This document shows, one piece after another, positions 9,327 through 21,044 of a stretch of 26,285 nt of DNA. The notes beneath the pieces are model-generated. The model worked only from the letters and a program-made list of their open reading frames with translations. It made no database searches and was not told the DNA's origin. Numbering within the stretch: position 1 is the stretch's first letter; each line of letters starts with the position of its first letter. The position numbers and the translations under genes are program-made. The DNA comes from Octopus sinensis (lineage: Eukaryota). The DNA lies in contig NW_021835584.1 of NCBI RefSeq assembly GCF_006345805.1, positions 1 to 26,285 on the forward strand, read 5' to 3'.

Positions 9327-9735
9327 TAATAATAATATATATATATACATATATACACTGATGTTCACATCGTTGAATTTTTGAATTACTAAATTATTTT
9401 GTTTTTTCCTTCCATTTCTTTTTATAAGTTTTTCTGTGGTTTACAGTTTTTGTAATTGTGCAGTTTGTATATATTGGCAGGTGCTCCTTTAATGTTCTTA
9501 GAATAAAAAGGATGTTTACATTTTCGAATACTCAGGGAGAAAGGAAAGGATAGGTATTCACAGAAGTTGTAGATATTAACGTTTTTAAAGTCAATCGTTC
9601 TTTTGTTCGAAAATTGTAGATATATAAGTTTCTTAACTTATTTTGAAGGAAATTTAAAATGCTCACAGGAAATTGTAAATATCCACTCAGTCTTTAAGAG
9701 TTATATTTCTGTTGTCCTGCTGGGTTATTTGTAAG

Positions 9736-10065
9736 AGAGACAGATACTGTTAGATCAATGATGTAGCCATACCAAATGTGAGTAAAGAGGTTGAAAAAAA
9801 ATCATCAAGTACTCCGAATTGAAAGTGAAAATGGCAAGACTGTATGGAACGCGATAGGGTAATGTAATAGTGATAGTAGTGATCGGAGTGTTGGGCTCAA
9901 TCCCATTGAAACTTCAAGACTTCTTAAGGCAACTGGAAATCCTATGCATCATTGATGTCTTGCAAAAAGCAACCTTATTGGGCACAGCGCACATCTTAAG
10001 GAAACTGAGGTCCTTGACAGATAACTGAAGACTCCGGTGCATTTTTACCTACACTGTGTTACGAA
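9736..10065 (+). mobile_element. R4/Dong-type LINE 3' fragment (RLE endonuclease C-terminal half)
   Basis: Translates with lesions as INDVAIP..EK(I)IKYSELKVKMARLY..VIVIVVIGVLGSIPLKLQDFLRQLEI..VLQKATLLGTAHILRKL, stop at 10026-10028. A short (TAA)n follows. Confidence 0.85.
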
Positions 10066-10094
10066 ATAATAATAATTGTAGACAACATAAGTAA

Positions 10095-11712
10095 GTTAAT
10101 TAGCTTTAGAAATGGAAGGTGGTTCTCTACTCAACTGACACAACCTGAGGGAATATTAATATGAAGCGAGGAATTTTCAAAAGAAACTCGTTATCGCCTT
10201 TAACGTTTGTGTGTGCAGAATCCCCTTGAGTTTCGTATTAAGAAACGCAAAGGCAGACTACTGGTTTAGCATTAATAAAAGAAAAATATAACCACTTGTT
10301 CTACATTGATGATCTGAAGTTTTCTAATTAGACTAAAAGAGAGATGGATTTCTTAATATAAACTCAGCAGAAATATAGGTATGGAATTTGCGCAATATCA
10401 GTCATAAAAAATGGACTGATAGTCAGCAGTGAAGGCTTCCAATAAGCAGATGGCCAGACATTAAAATCACTAAAAGAAGGAGAAAGTCAAGAATTTAGGA
10501 GTGTTAAGATCTGATAGAAACTAACTATGGAAAGGATAGCGAAAATTGGGAAGGAATACAGCAGAAGGGTAAGGAAGTTAATGAAGTCGAAGCTATATAA
10601 CTCTAAACTAGGGAAGACCGTTAGTACTTGAGTAGTATCACTACTTAAATATCCAGCAGCTTTTGTTGATTGGACAAAACCTGAATTAGAAAACCTAGAC
10701 AAGAACTAGGAAGGAATTCAATATGAATGAAGGACTTAATCCAAGAACAGGAAGTTTAATATCAGTAGAAGACTATATTCAGTAGACATAGCATCTTATG
10801 TAGGCAATAGTGAAGAAAGTTTATTAATATCTACTCGAGCAACAGTAAGAGATACATTTGGCCAAAATGCCAAATGAGGTTAAAAACTAGTAAAAAAAAA
10901 GAAGCAAGACTGTCGGACTGGCAAGCGATGGTTTGGTAGATTTCTAAAGATAGTTGCAGAAAATTGTAGTAGTGATACATGTTTGTTTTTGAAGAAAGAA
11001 AGGCTGAAAAGGGAGACAGAAAGTCTGTTAGTAGCAGCACAAGGTTCGGCATTGAGGACTAATTGGATATCGGCCAAGCTAGACAAAAATCAGGTAGATT
11101 CCCAATGTTGGTTATAGAAATGAAAGGGATACAGTCTTACTCATATATTTTGTGAATGTAGCTTGCTGGCACAGAAAGGATACAAGAAAAGACATGACAA
11201 CCTAGGGAGAGTAATCTACTGGGAGTTATGTAGAAAGCTAGGATTTGAACATTCTGATAAATTGTATGAACATGGACCTAGTAAAGTACTAAAAAGTGAG
11301 AAATATAAGATGAGGGATTTCAACATTGTAACTGACAGTGTCATAGCAGTTAGAAGGCCTGATTTAGCAGTAGTAGACAAAGAGCATAGAAAGTGCTCAA
11401 AATGTGAGAAAGAAAATAAGAGAGGTAGAGAGAAAATAGCAAAATACGAGGGCTTAGCCATTGAGTTACAGAGGCATTGAAAAGTTCGGGTAAAATGTAA
11501 CCTTGTAGTTATAATGTGCATTAAGAACTATCCCTAAAGATTTCAACAGATGGATAGAGGAAACAGGTATAAAATCTAATTCAGTGCCGCTCCAGAAACC
11601 AATATTATTGACAGCCAGGGTACTTAGGAAGGTTCTTGAAATCTACCGTTAGTTGTTGTAGACCAAGGTTATGAATTTTTTCCAACAGTCTAATCTGTTG
11701 TGCGTATAGGAC
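10095..11712 (+). mobile_element. 5'-truncated, degenerate R4/Dong-type LINE (RT, CCHC knuckle, RLE endonuclease)
   Basis: MKRGIFKRNSLSPL at 10161 and HLFYIDDLK (YIDD 10302-10313). EY.RRVRKLMKSKL; ETESLLVAAQ..LRTN; THI.CEC..LAQKGYKKRHDN; RRPDLAVVDK; EKIAKYEGLAIELQR; ARVLRKVLE. Many stops and frameshifts. (TAA)n tail at 11716-11853. Confidence 0.92.
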
Positions 11713-11713
11713 A

Positions 11714-11762
<49 letters not shown>

Positions 11763-11782
11763 TAATAATGATAATAATAATA

Positions 11783-11813
<31 letters not shown>

Positions 11814-12144
11814 TAGTAATAATAATAATAATAATAGTAATAGTAATAGTAATGCTAAATCAATGAAACAGCTGCTGAGAAGTAATCGACAATGCAGTGT
11901 CTGTGTGTCTGAAAAAGGACAAAGAAAAACCGGGTCAACTCTTAGCAACTGCATGATAGTATTATTATATTATACAAAAGACTGGTCATGTCTCACAAGA
12001 TATTGAGCTGCAAGAAAGACATAGGCTTAACTTAAGGTACGCCCGGCAGTCTTTCAAACCACATGCAGGAATTGTACGCCGTATCGGGAGAATCAAATAC
12101 AATTTTTGAACAATTTGGAATTATATTTGCTGGATCTACTACAA

Positions 12145-12642
12145 TCTATATATATAAAACTGTAGTTGTGTGAGTGTCTGTCCCCTTCGATTTAGATTCC
12201 TAAGTACTCCCACATTTTGCGGTGCAGTTTAACCAAATTCGGGTATCTTATAGTCATGATTCATATCGAGCCCGTCTGGGTATTAGCGCGCGTCTACGAT
12301 GAGTCTACGATTTTTAAAATAATTTAACATCATTTTTTATTCCATTTTAATGCATAATTTTTCGTGTGTCGATGGCGGCGGAGTTGGTGTCCACGCTCAC
12401 ACCTGCACCTGTTTGCTTCTCCCCCTCTTCCCTCCCTCGTGAAGCTGTAAGGAAATCAACGTCGTAAAGCGTTGTCAAGGAGACCAGCGTTCTTTTAGAA
12501 CAACGACTTCATGGCTTGAAGACACCAAAACAGAAACAGCTAAGAAAGCCCGAATTGGCATCTATAAGGGAAGTAACTCTCTAAAAATGCTTATATAGTT
12601 ATCTCCCTTACAAACCCGAGCAACGCCGGGCGATACTGCTAG
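12145..12642 (+). mobile_element. Non-autonomous Helitron, copy 1
   Basis: 5' A|TC start, subterminal hairpin CCCGAGCAACGCCGGG (12615-12630), 3' CTAG|T (12639-12642), no TSD. Homologous to 23607-24086. Confidence 0.85.
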
Positions 12643-13049
12643 TTAATAATAAAAGACTGTTTGAGAGTGGTAGTCGTTCTATTTTGTATTAATTTTGAAT
12701 TCGAATACAAAAATACCAACATTATGCTTTTAAATTTTGTTTCGTTGTGAAAGGTAACAATTGTAAATATGTAACACCGTGGACAGAAAAAACATTGCAC
12801 CATTCTCACTAGTTTTATTGTTTCTGTCCGCAAAGAGGTTGCTAACTTTTACAGCCCTTCATATAAAACTGGAAACAGAACATAAACAGGCAGTGTATAA
12901 CCATGTATTCGCTCGCAGTTTAGTTAGTTATATACAAAACCAAAATATCATGGTCCTTAAATGTTTAATAATGTAACTAAGGAACAATGTTCAAGTGAAG
13001 ACGGAAATAAAACTGTAGATATCTAATGGCCTATCAGGAAGGGTAAAGT

Positions 13050-13560
13050 ACCTTCTATACACCGACAAAAAATTTTGGGGAGTTTCATTAATAACCTGGA
13101 ATAGTGGTTTCTGAAAATTGTGACAGCTTCTAACGATAAGCGTCAGAGTTAATGAACCAGGTGAAATATTTAGATAATGACAATATTGTAGAAAATTCAG
13201 TTTTTACCTTTAAGAGATACTAGTATACAAGAAATGTTAGAACAAAATGATCGGTTCTGTATCAAAGACTAAAGAGAATTTAAGGAGACTTAAAGAGAAG
13301 AGAGTTTCTGAAGAATTTCAACTGTCGCCAAAGGCTGTGTGCACAATTCAGATGTCAACAGCAGAATGCGAAAGAAACAAACTTCAGCTTGAGAAGATAT
13401 TATGTATGTTGCCTAAGTATGCAGAATTTCAGACTGATCTGCTTTTATTTCTTCTGTTTATTGAGTTAGCGAAGCCACCTTTGTGTAAATTCCTCCCCTG
13501 GGAATATGAGAAAAATGGCTCTAGCAGCAGACGATGGTAATGTTAAGAAACGGTAGGCAA
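13050..13560 (+). mobile_element. hAT-superfamily transposase relic (C-terminal dimerisation region)
   Basis: ORF 13247-13540 contains KAVCTIQMSTAECER (cf. hAT P.S.A..ER.FS) followed by LLFIELAKPPLCKF.P..Y.K. Upstream, FLGSFINNLE-like text appears in a broken frame. Confidence 0.6.
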
Positions 13561-13880
13561 CAAGAAACAATGAGGTGACAGCGGAATACAAAGATTATTC
13601 GCCGTTATACTGTTATACTGTTTTATCGGTGTACCGTTATGGAACATTCTAAGACTTTAGTTGTTCTTCAAAATTGAGTTGATATGTAATAAATTTAGTG
13701 TTTAATAAGTGTGTGTGTGTAATTGTGTGTAGTTGTGTATTCATAAACACACACACACACATAAACGCATATTTTTGAGGAAGATTCAAAGGATATAAAT
13801 TTATTTATTTATATTTTAAATAAGACCTACAATTGTTTCAATTCACCCTCAATAAACCTACAAACATACGCTTTTATTCA

Positions 13881-14369
<489 letters not shown>

Positions 14370-14787
14370 TATAGAATAAAATAAGCTTGCATTTTGAATA
14401 TTTGGAGTAAAATATCTCCATGGCCAAAGGACATGAAGGAAACTACATGTTGATCAATTGAGATTCTCCCATAGGCTAAGTAGATGAAAACATGTTTTAT
14501 TTATTGCGTGAATGCGTTCCTGTATTTATACATTAGAAATACCAAAGAATATACTTGAGAGATATAAACATCCTTTATATTTGACGGTAAATATAAAAGA
14601 TATTCATGTCTCTCTCTAATATAGTATTTTCTTTGGTCTCTTTAATGTATAACTAGAGGGACACACACACACATAAATATAATCATAATAACCCAAGGTT
14701 ATAAAGGCTGAGTTTTATTTACAAATAATTATACGTACACCGATATATAACTGAACTGATTTTATTCAATGGGCTTTTTACTAACAT

Positions 14788-14832
<45 letters not shown>

Positions 14833-14852
14833 CACATAAATTAACATTTTTT

Positions 14853-15235
14853 GGAAGCACTCCGTCGGTTACGACGATGAGGGTTCCGGTTGATCCGAAT
14901 CAACGGAACAGCCTGCTCGTGAAATTAACGTGTAAGTGGCTGAGCACTCCACAGACACGTGTACCCTTAACGTAGTTCTCGGGGATATTCAGCGTGACAC
15001 AGAGAGTGAGAAGGCCGGCCCTTTGAAATACAGGTACAACAGAAACAGGAAGTAAGAGTGAGAGAAAGTTGTGGTGAAAGAGTACAGCAGGGATCACTAC
15101 CATCCCCTGCCGGAGCCTCGTGGAGCTTTTAGGTGTTTTCGCTGAATAAACACTCACAACGCCCGGTCTGGGAATCGAAACCGCGATCCTACGACCGCGA
15201 GTCCGCTGCCCTAACCACTGGGCCATTGCGCCTCC
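14853..15235 (-). mobile_element. tRNA-derived SINE, family C (young), second copy
   Basis: About 98% identical to 8431-8813 (8 substitutions in 383 bp). Confidence 0.92.
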
Positions 15236-15927
15236 ACAATGGCCCAGTGTACATCTACATTTATAACTTTTTAAAGATATTTTTATTATTTGTTATTTTA
15301 TTGCTACTTTTATTTTCATTTTTATCTTACCCACATGTATTTTATTTTTACATTAGTTTTTTTTTTATTGCATTCATTTTAGGATTTCTATTTTATTTTT
15401 ATTATCTTTATTTTTGCCTGAATATTTACTATTATTATTATTATCATTTATTATTATTTATTTTAACTTTTTATTTTATTTTTGTGTTTTACACCTTATA
15501 TTTTATACCTTATATTTTGTATATCTTATTATTATATTTAAATAAATTGCTAATACACACACACATACACAATAAATTAAACATATTCATCTACTTAGCC
15601 TGAGGGAGAATCTCAATGACCATGTTGTTTCCTTAATGTCCATTGGCCCTGGAGATATTTTACTCTAAATATTCAAAATGCAAGCTTATTTTATTCTATA
15701 GGTGTGTACTTGGTATTGAGCATGAATTAAAACAATGGTAGGCCTTATCAAAAATGTTAATAAATTAATTCATATCCATTGACTTTCTTCATTTTCTTAC
15801 TTAAAATATTTGATATTTATAATACACTTATTTATATTTGAAGAGATATCTCTCAACAATATGATACATTAAACCAGAGTAACTTTGATGAGACCGTGTT
15901 CATAAGAAGTTTATATATCCTCGTTGT

Positions 15928-16012
<85 letters not shown>

Positions 16013-16031
16013 CATACATACATATATATAC

Positions 16032-17406
16032 AGAAGGCTTAACTTTAAGACCCATTATAGCTGTTCGAGCCTGTGAAACCCACCGCCTAAGCAATTTTCT
16101 GGACATCCTACTGAAACTCTTGCTGAAATACATCAAAGGTTTCATTAGAGATAATTTAGACAAAAAACGATTAATGAAGAGGCATTATTAGTTTCCTCCG
16201 ATGTTATCAATCTTTACACCAACATCCCACATGACTATCGAATAAAAGCAATCAAATTCTGGTTGCAAACGTAGCTCGAAGTACTCCTGGGTCGCATAAA
16301 TCAGATATTTATTAGTGAGTCTTTAAAATTTATATTTCAAAGCAATTATTTCCTATTTGATAACACATTCTATCGTCAGAATTGCGGAATTGCGATGGGA
16401 ACGAAAGCAGCCCTGTTCTTGCGAACCTGATAATGAGTTATTTAAAATTCACCATGTATGAAGTGTCATTAAAAAAATATGGTTATTCATTACACCATTA
16501 CGTAAGAGAAAACTGTAAAAGATACCTGGATGACTGTTCTATCATTTGGTCATAGACCATCGACAAATTCTTGGACTTCAAATCAACTCTAAATTATATA
16601 AATAGTAACTTTCAATTCACAATGGAAAGAACAACTCCCATTTTTGGATATTATGATAAACAAAAGTCAACAACCAAATTATAACTGAAACTTATCATAA
16701 GCCAAAGGACTTGAAACAATTTCTCCTCTTTCGCTTATGCCACCCAAAACACATCAAAATAAATATCCCCTTTAATTTGGCAAAGAGGATTTGCACAATA
16801 ATGCCTGATAGAACAATTCGGGACCTTCGTCTTCAAGACCTCAAAACAACGCTAACTGAAAGACAATATCCACCCTCACTCATAGACGATGGAATTAAAC
16901 GTGCCAAGAAATTAGGCATAAAAACACTTAGGATAACAAGACATAACACTATACCTCATCTTAAAACACTACTGCATATATCAACCCGCAACCTTAGAAA
17001 CAATGAGGCATACAACACTATTGTGCAAAATCTCCTTTTACTAACTAGAGGCCCAAAAATAAACAAAATCCTGAAAACGCATAAACCCATGAAATATAAA
17101 AGCAACACAAATCACTAAAGTGACTTCTAACAAATGCGAAGTTTCACAACCACAAAACCAACGGTTAGGAAATGTGGACGCCCAAACTGTAGAACATGCC
17201 TCAGCCTACTTGAAGGCTTGGATTTCCTTTTCAAACAAGGAGACAGAGGTTCACAATTAAAATTAGTTTCACTTGTGCCTTGAGAACCTAATTTATGTAA
17301 TAACCTGCTAGGGTTGCCGACATCACTACATAGGACTGACGAGTATGACATTGAGACGGAGAACAGTTCTACATGAAAAACATATCCGGTTCCCACAATA
17401 CAGACA
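16032..17406 (+). mobile_element. Penelope-like element fragment: RT plus GIY-YIG endonuclease, degenerate
   Basis: LRPIIA..THRLSNFLDILLK; LVSSDVINLYTNIPH; YRQNCGIAMGTKAA; RYLDD (16523-16534); FQFTME; LPFLDIMI; CHPKHIKINIPFNLAKRI; KCGRPNCRTC Cys linker; HYIGLT (17327-17335)..LRRR..HEKHI. Bounded by (TA)n and (TAA)n. Confidence 0.92.
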
Positions 17407-18160
17407 TAATAATAATAATACTAAGGGTCTGAATAAAAGCTGGAAAGGCCAGAGCCGAAGCATATTCATGGTGTCTGCACTACCTGAACTGACCCGGTTC
17501 AACAAAAATGTATTGCAATTGTAGCTAAGAATTGCACCACAACTACTACAATTAGACTCCACTCTCTCCTTCAGCTCCTTGTCAGCATTGGCAGTATTAT
17601 CACCCACCGGACCCGTGATAATTATTCAAACGGTTTTCCAATCGTGATCATTCTGTTTCTGCACAAAAAATTCTAATAGTTTCATGTAGGCTTCTCTCTT
17701 TATAAAGGTAAGTTGTAGTTTTGAGGAAGATTTGACTGTTATTTCTAACGCAGAGAGTGACCGCGAGAGAACCATACGTGCTGGAGCAAACAATTTGTTA
17801 GTGCAGCTGTACTTCAGGCAGCAGCAGCAGCAGTGGCAGTAGTAGCAGCAGCAGCAGCTTTTGTAAACCTCGTCGTCAACATCATCATCATCATTGTTGA
17901 TCATAAAATCCCAAGCTCAAATCCTAGTTTACCTTCGTGTGCCGTTCGCTCGGGTCGATAAAACGAAGCGCTGGAGTTAATTAAAACTGATGTATTACTA
18001 AAATTTCCGAAAACTATGTCTTCGGATTCAATAACGCTACAACATTGGATAAACATCTTATTTCTTTCCTAGGAAATTTGTTACCTTCCTTAAGTTTCGA
18101 ATCAGAGGACAAAGGGTGAAGATTTGGCGATATTAACCATGACAGATGTAGCATTTCTAA

Positions 18161-18558
18161 GACGGCGAGCTGGCAGAAACGTTTGCACGCCGGGTGAAAT
18201 GCTTAGCGTTATTTCGTCTGCCGTTACGTTCTGAGTTCAAATTCAGCCGAGGTCAACTTCGCCTCTTATCCTTCCGGGGTCGATTAATAAGTACCTGTTA
18301 TTCAGTGGGGGGGGGGTCGATGTAATCGACTTAACCCGTGTGTCTGTCCTTGTTTGTCCTCTCCGTGTGTAGCCTTGTGGGTAGTAAAGAAATAAGTATT
18401 TCGTCTGCCGCTCCGTTCTGAGTTCAAATTTCGCCGAGGTCGACTTTGCCTTTCATCCTTTCGGTGTGGATAAATTAAGTAACAGTTGCGTACTGGATCG
18501 ATCTAACCGACTGGCCTCTCCCCCAGAATTTCGGGCCTTATGCCTAGAGTAGAAAAGA
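18161..18558 (+). mobile_element. SINE family B, two-unit form with an alternative 3' tail, older copy
   Basis: Same head and body unit as 6208-6612. The second unit starts at ~18395 but ends in CGATCTAACCGACTGGCC...GGGCCTTATGCCTAGAGTAGAAAAGA. Confidence 0.85.
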
Positions 18559-19114
18559 TGTATCGTTTCTTTGTTATCTGAATGACTCTCTATCACTCTT
18601 CCTCTCTCGCTCTCTTTTTGAGTGTGTATCTCTATGTGTCTATGTGTCTGTCTGTCTGTCTGTCTGCCTCTCACTAGTCAGCTATATATGTGTATATATA
18701 TATATATATATATCGATCACTCGATTGACTGATCGATCGATCTATCACTGGAGTACACCTGTAATTCAAAACACACCCTCCCTCTTCCTTTCTCTTTGTC
18801 TAATCAATCAATCGATCGATCGATCTCAGAATTATACCTGTAATTCAAAATCTATTCTCTTTCTTCTTTAATTCCCCCTCCCCTTTTCTCTTCTGTCTGT
18901 CTGTCTCTGTCTCTGCCTCATTCTCTACTCCCTCCCTCTTTCGTTCTCTCTCTCTCTCTCCCTTTCTCTCTCCCCACTCTCTCTCCCAGTCAAGCATTAT
19001 ATTACACTACGTTTACGTAAGACAGTCAAGGTGCGATTTTCAGGAACATGTCGCTGCTCTCTCTAGCAGGTCGGGCCTATCTCCTTGGTTATATTGCTAT
19101 AGCATCAGATCTAA

Positions 19115-19885
19115 GTGCAGTAGCAGCAGCAGTAGTGGTGGTGGTGGTGGTAGTAGTAGTGGTGGTAGTGGTGGTGGTGGTAGTGTTTGTAGTAGTTTAG
19201 CAGTAGTAGTAGAGGTGGTGGTAGCAGTAGTAGTGTTAGTAGTAGTAGTAGTAGTAGTAGTAGTAGCAGCAGCAGCAGTAGTAGTAACAGGAGCGGTAGT
19301 AGATTCAGCAGTACTAGTTGCAATTTCTGTAGCTGAAATTTTTATTCCAAGAACGTGTATGTGTGTGTATGTGTGTGTGCATGAGGGAGAAAGAGAGAGA
19401 GAGAGAGAGGGAGGGAGAGAGAGGTCAGACAGACAGAAAGAGTCGAGAAAAAGAAGAGTTAGTGAGAAAGAGAGAGACAGTGAGTGAGGAAAAGAGAGGG
19501 AGAGAGAGTGAGAGTGAGAGTGAGAGAGAGAGAGTGTGTTGAAAAACAACTCCGATTTCTTTCTTCGATCCATTCCCTCTCTCTCTCTCTCTCTCCCTCC
19601 TCTTCCTCTGTCTCCCTCTATCTCTCTCCCTTTCTCTCTTCTCCCTCTTTCTCTCTGTCTCTGTCAGTCTCTCTCTCCCTCCCTCTCTCTCCCTCCTCTC
19701 TCTCCCTCCCCCTCTCTCTCCCTCTCTCTCTCCTCTCTCTCTCCTCTCTCTCTCTCCCTCTCTCTCTCTCTCCCTCTCTCTCTTTCTCCGTGTATCTCTT
19801 ACCGTTCTGGTAGTTTCACTCTGTGTTTCTTTTCTTGCATTTCTTTCTTTCTTTTGTTCCATAATTCTTTCTTTCTTTGTCTCAT

Positions 19886-19923
<38 letters not shown>

Positions 19924-20165
19924 TTTCTTCCTTCCTGTCTTCCTTTATTGTTCTTCTGTTTCTTTCTGTCACTCTGACACATTCTACGTTGTTGTCGGTC
20001 GCACCGACTCTCTTTCTCTCTCTTCTATCTTATTCATTCATTCAAAAACCTCCCCCCTTCTCTCCTCCATCTCCATCTCACTCTCATTATCTCTGTCTCC
20101 CTCTCTCAGTCTTTCTCTTTCTCATTACGAACACACACACAGACAGACACACACACACACACACG
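19115..20165. repeat. Compound microsatellite block: (GTA/GTG/GCA)n, (GA)n, (CT)n, (CTTT)n, (CA)n
   Basis: Read directly. It explains the many low-complexity ORFs at 19097-20216. Confidence 0.95.
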
Positions 20166-20189
20166 TATTTGGGTGCGTGTCTTCAGTCA

Positions 20190-20335
20190 TTTAACCAGTT
20201 TGTTTACGTCCCGTAACTTGGCAGTTTTGGAAAAAGCTCGAGTAGCAATACTCACCGGAACTTAAAGGAATAATAATATAATCAATTTTACCGATTCTAC
20301 CCTTTAAAGCGGCACCCAAGCACAGCTGCAATCTA
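20190..20335 (+). mobile_element. Diverged 3' half of SINE family A
   Basis: TGTTTACGTCCCGTAACTTGGCAGTTTTGGAAAAAG resembles TGTTTATGTCCCCGTTACTTAGCGGTTCGGCAAAAG at 5762-5797. Confidence 0.55.
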
Positions 20336-20369
20336 CTATTCGAAACACGTAAACAGTACACACACACAC

Positions 20370-20782
20370 ACAACTTAGATATGTTTCGACCAAAGATTGG
20401 TCCAGGCCATGTGTAATTTAATAGGACCACCTGATAGGATTAGCTAAATCCTCTTTAAGTCAAGTTTTGTGGTATCATGGTTCATCAGTGTAGGGAGTTC
20501 TTGTTTAGTAAGTTGTATCCAGGTATAGGTGGCTTATCTGGTATTCCTTGAAGAAATTTGTCCGGATACCCTTTAAAGGTGAGGAGATCCTTTCCCTCTT
20601 TTGGCACACTGTTAAATAGGGCATGGCCTGTTGAGGAAAAGAAATTGTGTTGCAGTGTATTTATGTGTTGTCATCCTGAATTGTGTAGGTGACGTATGGC
20701 CCGTGGTCCTAGCCTTGGATGAATTTCGAAGCTAATTTTGAGGTCGTTTGGGCAATGCTGGTGGTATATTCTCCCCATCGTG
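20370..20782 (-). mobile_element. CR1-type LINE 3' end (ORF2 C-terminus + 3' UTR)
   Basis: Minus frame TMGRIYHQHCPNDLKISFEIHPRLGPRAI..NTLQHNFFSSTGHALFN..PK..FK..DKFLQGIPDKP..PGY..LNKNSL. Terminal hairpin GACCA-AAGAT-TGGTC at 20388-20402. Confidence 0.8.
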
Positions 20783-20795
20783 GAGAATATGCCAC

Positions 20796-21044
20796 CTAGA
20801 TAGATTGCATATCCGATTCGGACTACCAAGAGCTGCAGTCAAGTTCTCATCTTTGTGAATCTTAAAATGTCTTTTGAGGTCTCCATTAGATTTGCAGACC
20901 TTCTGGCATTGAAAGGTGTGCACAGATGTATAGGCTGAATAAATGGTGGAGGTTCGTTTTCCATAGGTTCGCAAATGAGATTTGAGCCCAGCAAAAGACA
21001 GGCATGGTCTGTCACAAACTGTGCAAACAAAAAGGTCAATGTGA
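20796..21044 (-). pseudogene. C2H2 zinc-finger-encoding fragment (likely the C-terminus of an RTE-like LINE ORF)
   Basis: FVCTVCDRPCLSFAGLKSHLRT, then CQKVCKSNGDLKRHFKIH and the start of a third finger (ICNL). No TGEKP linkers. Confidence 0.55.

Noticed and set aside
11864-11875. GAAACAGCTG half-hammerhead motif
   Set aside because: The required U16.1 is a C and there is no upstream CTGANGA (only TAA repeats).
15133-15603. 156 aa hydrophobic F/L/Y/I-rich ORF resembling a membrane protein
   Set aside because: It starts inside a SINE and runs through T-rich low-complexity DNA, so it is a compositional artefact.
17586-17707. Strong + strand acceptor (CTCCTTGTCAG) and donor (AAG|GTAAGT) pair
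   Set aside because: All three frames of the 122 nt interval contain stops. It could only be a non-coding exon, and there is no evidence for that.
18735-18852. Two-unit ~78 bp repeat (GATCGATCGATCT...ACCTGTAATTCAAAA)
   Set aside because: Only two degenerate units resembling SINE-body and microsatellite debris. It is not a CRISPR array or a satellite.
19097-19573. Mucin-like Thr/Pro/Ala ORF and poly-Leu/poly-Val ORFs
   Set aside because: All are frames of the same trinucleotide and dinucleotide microsatellites, which lack stop codons.
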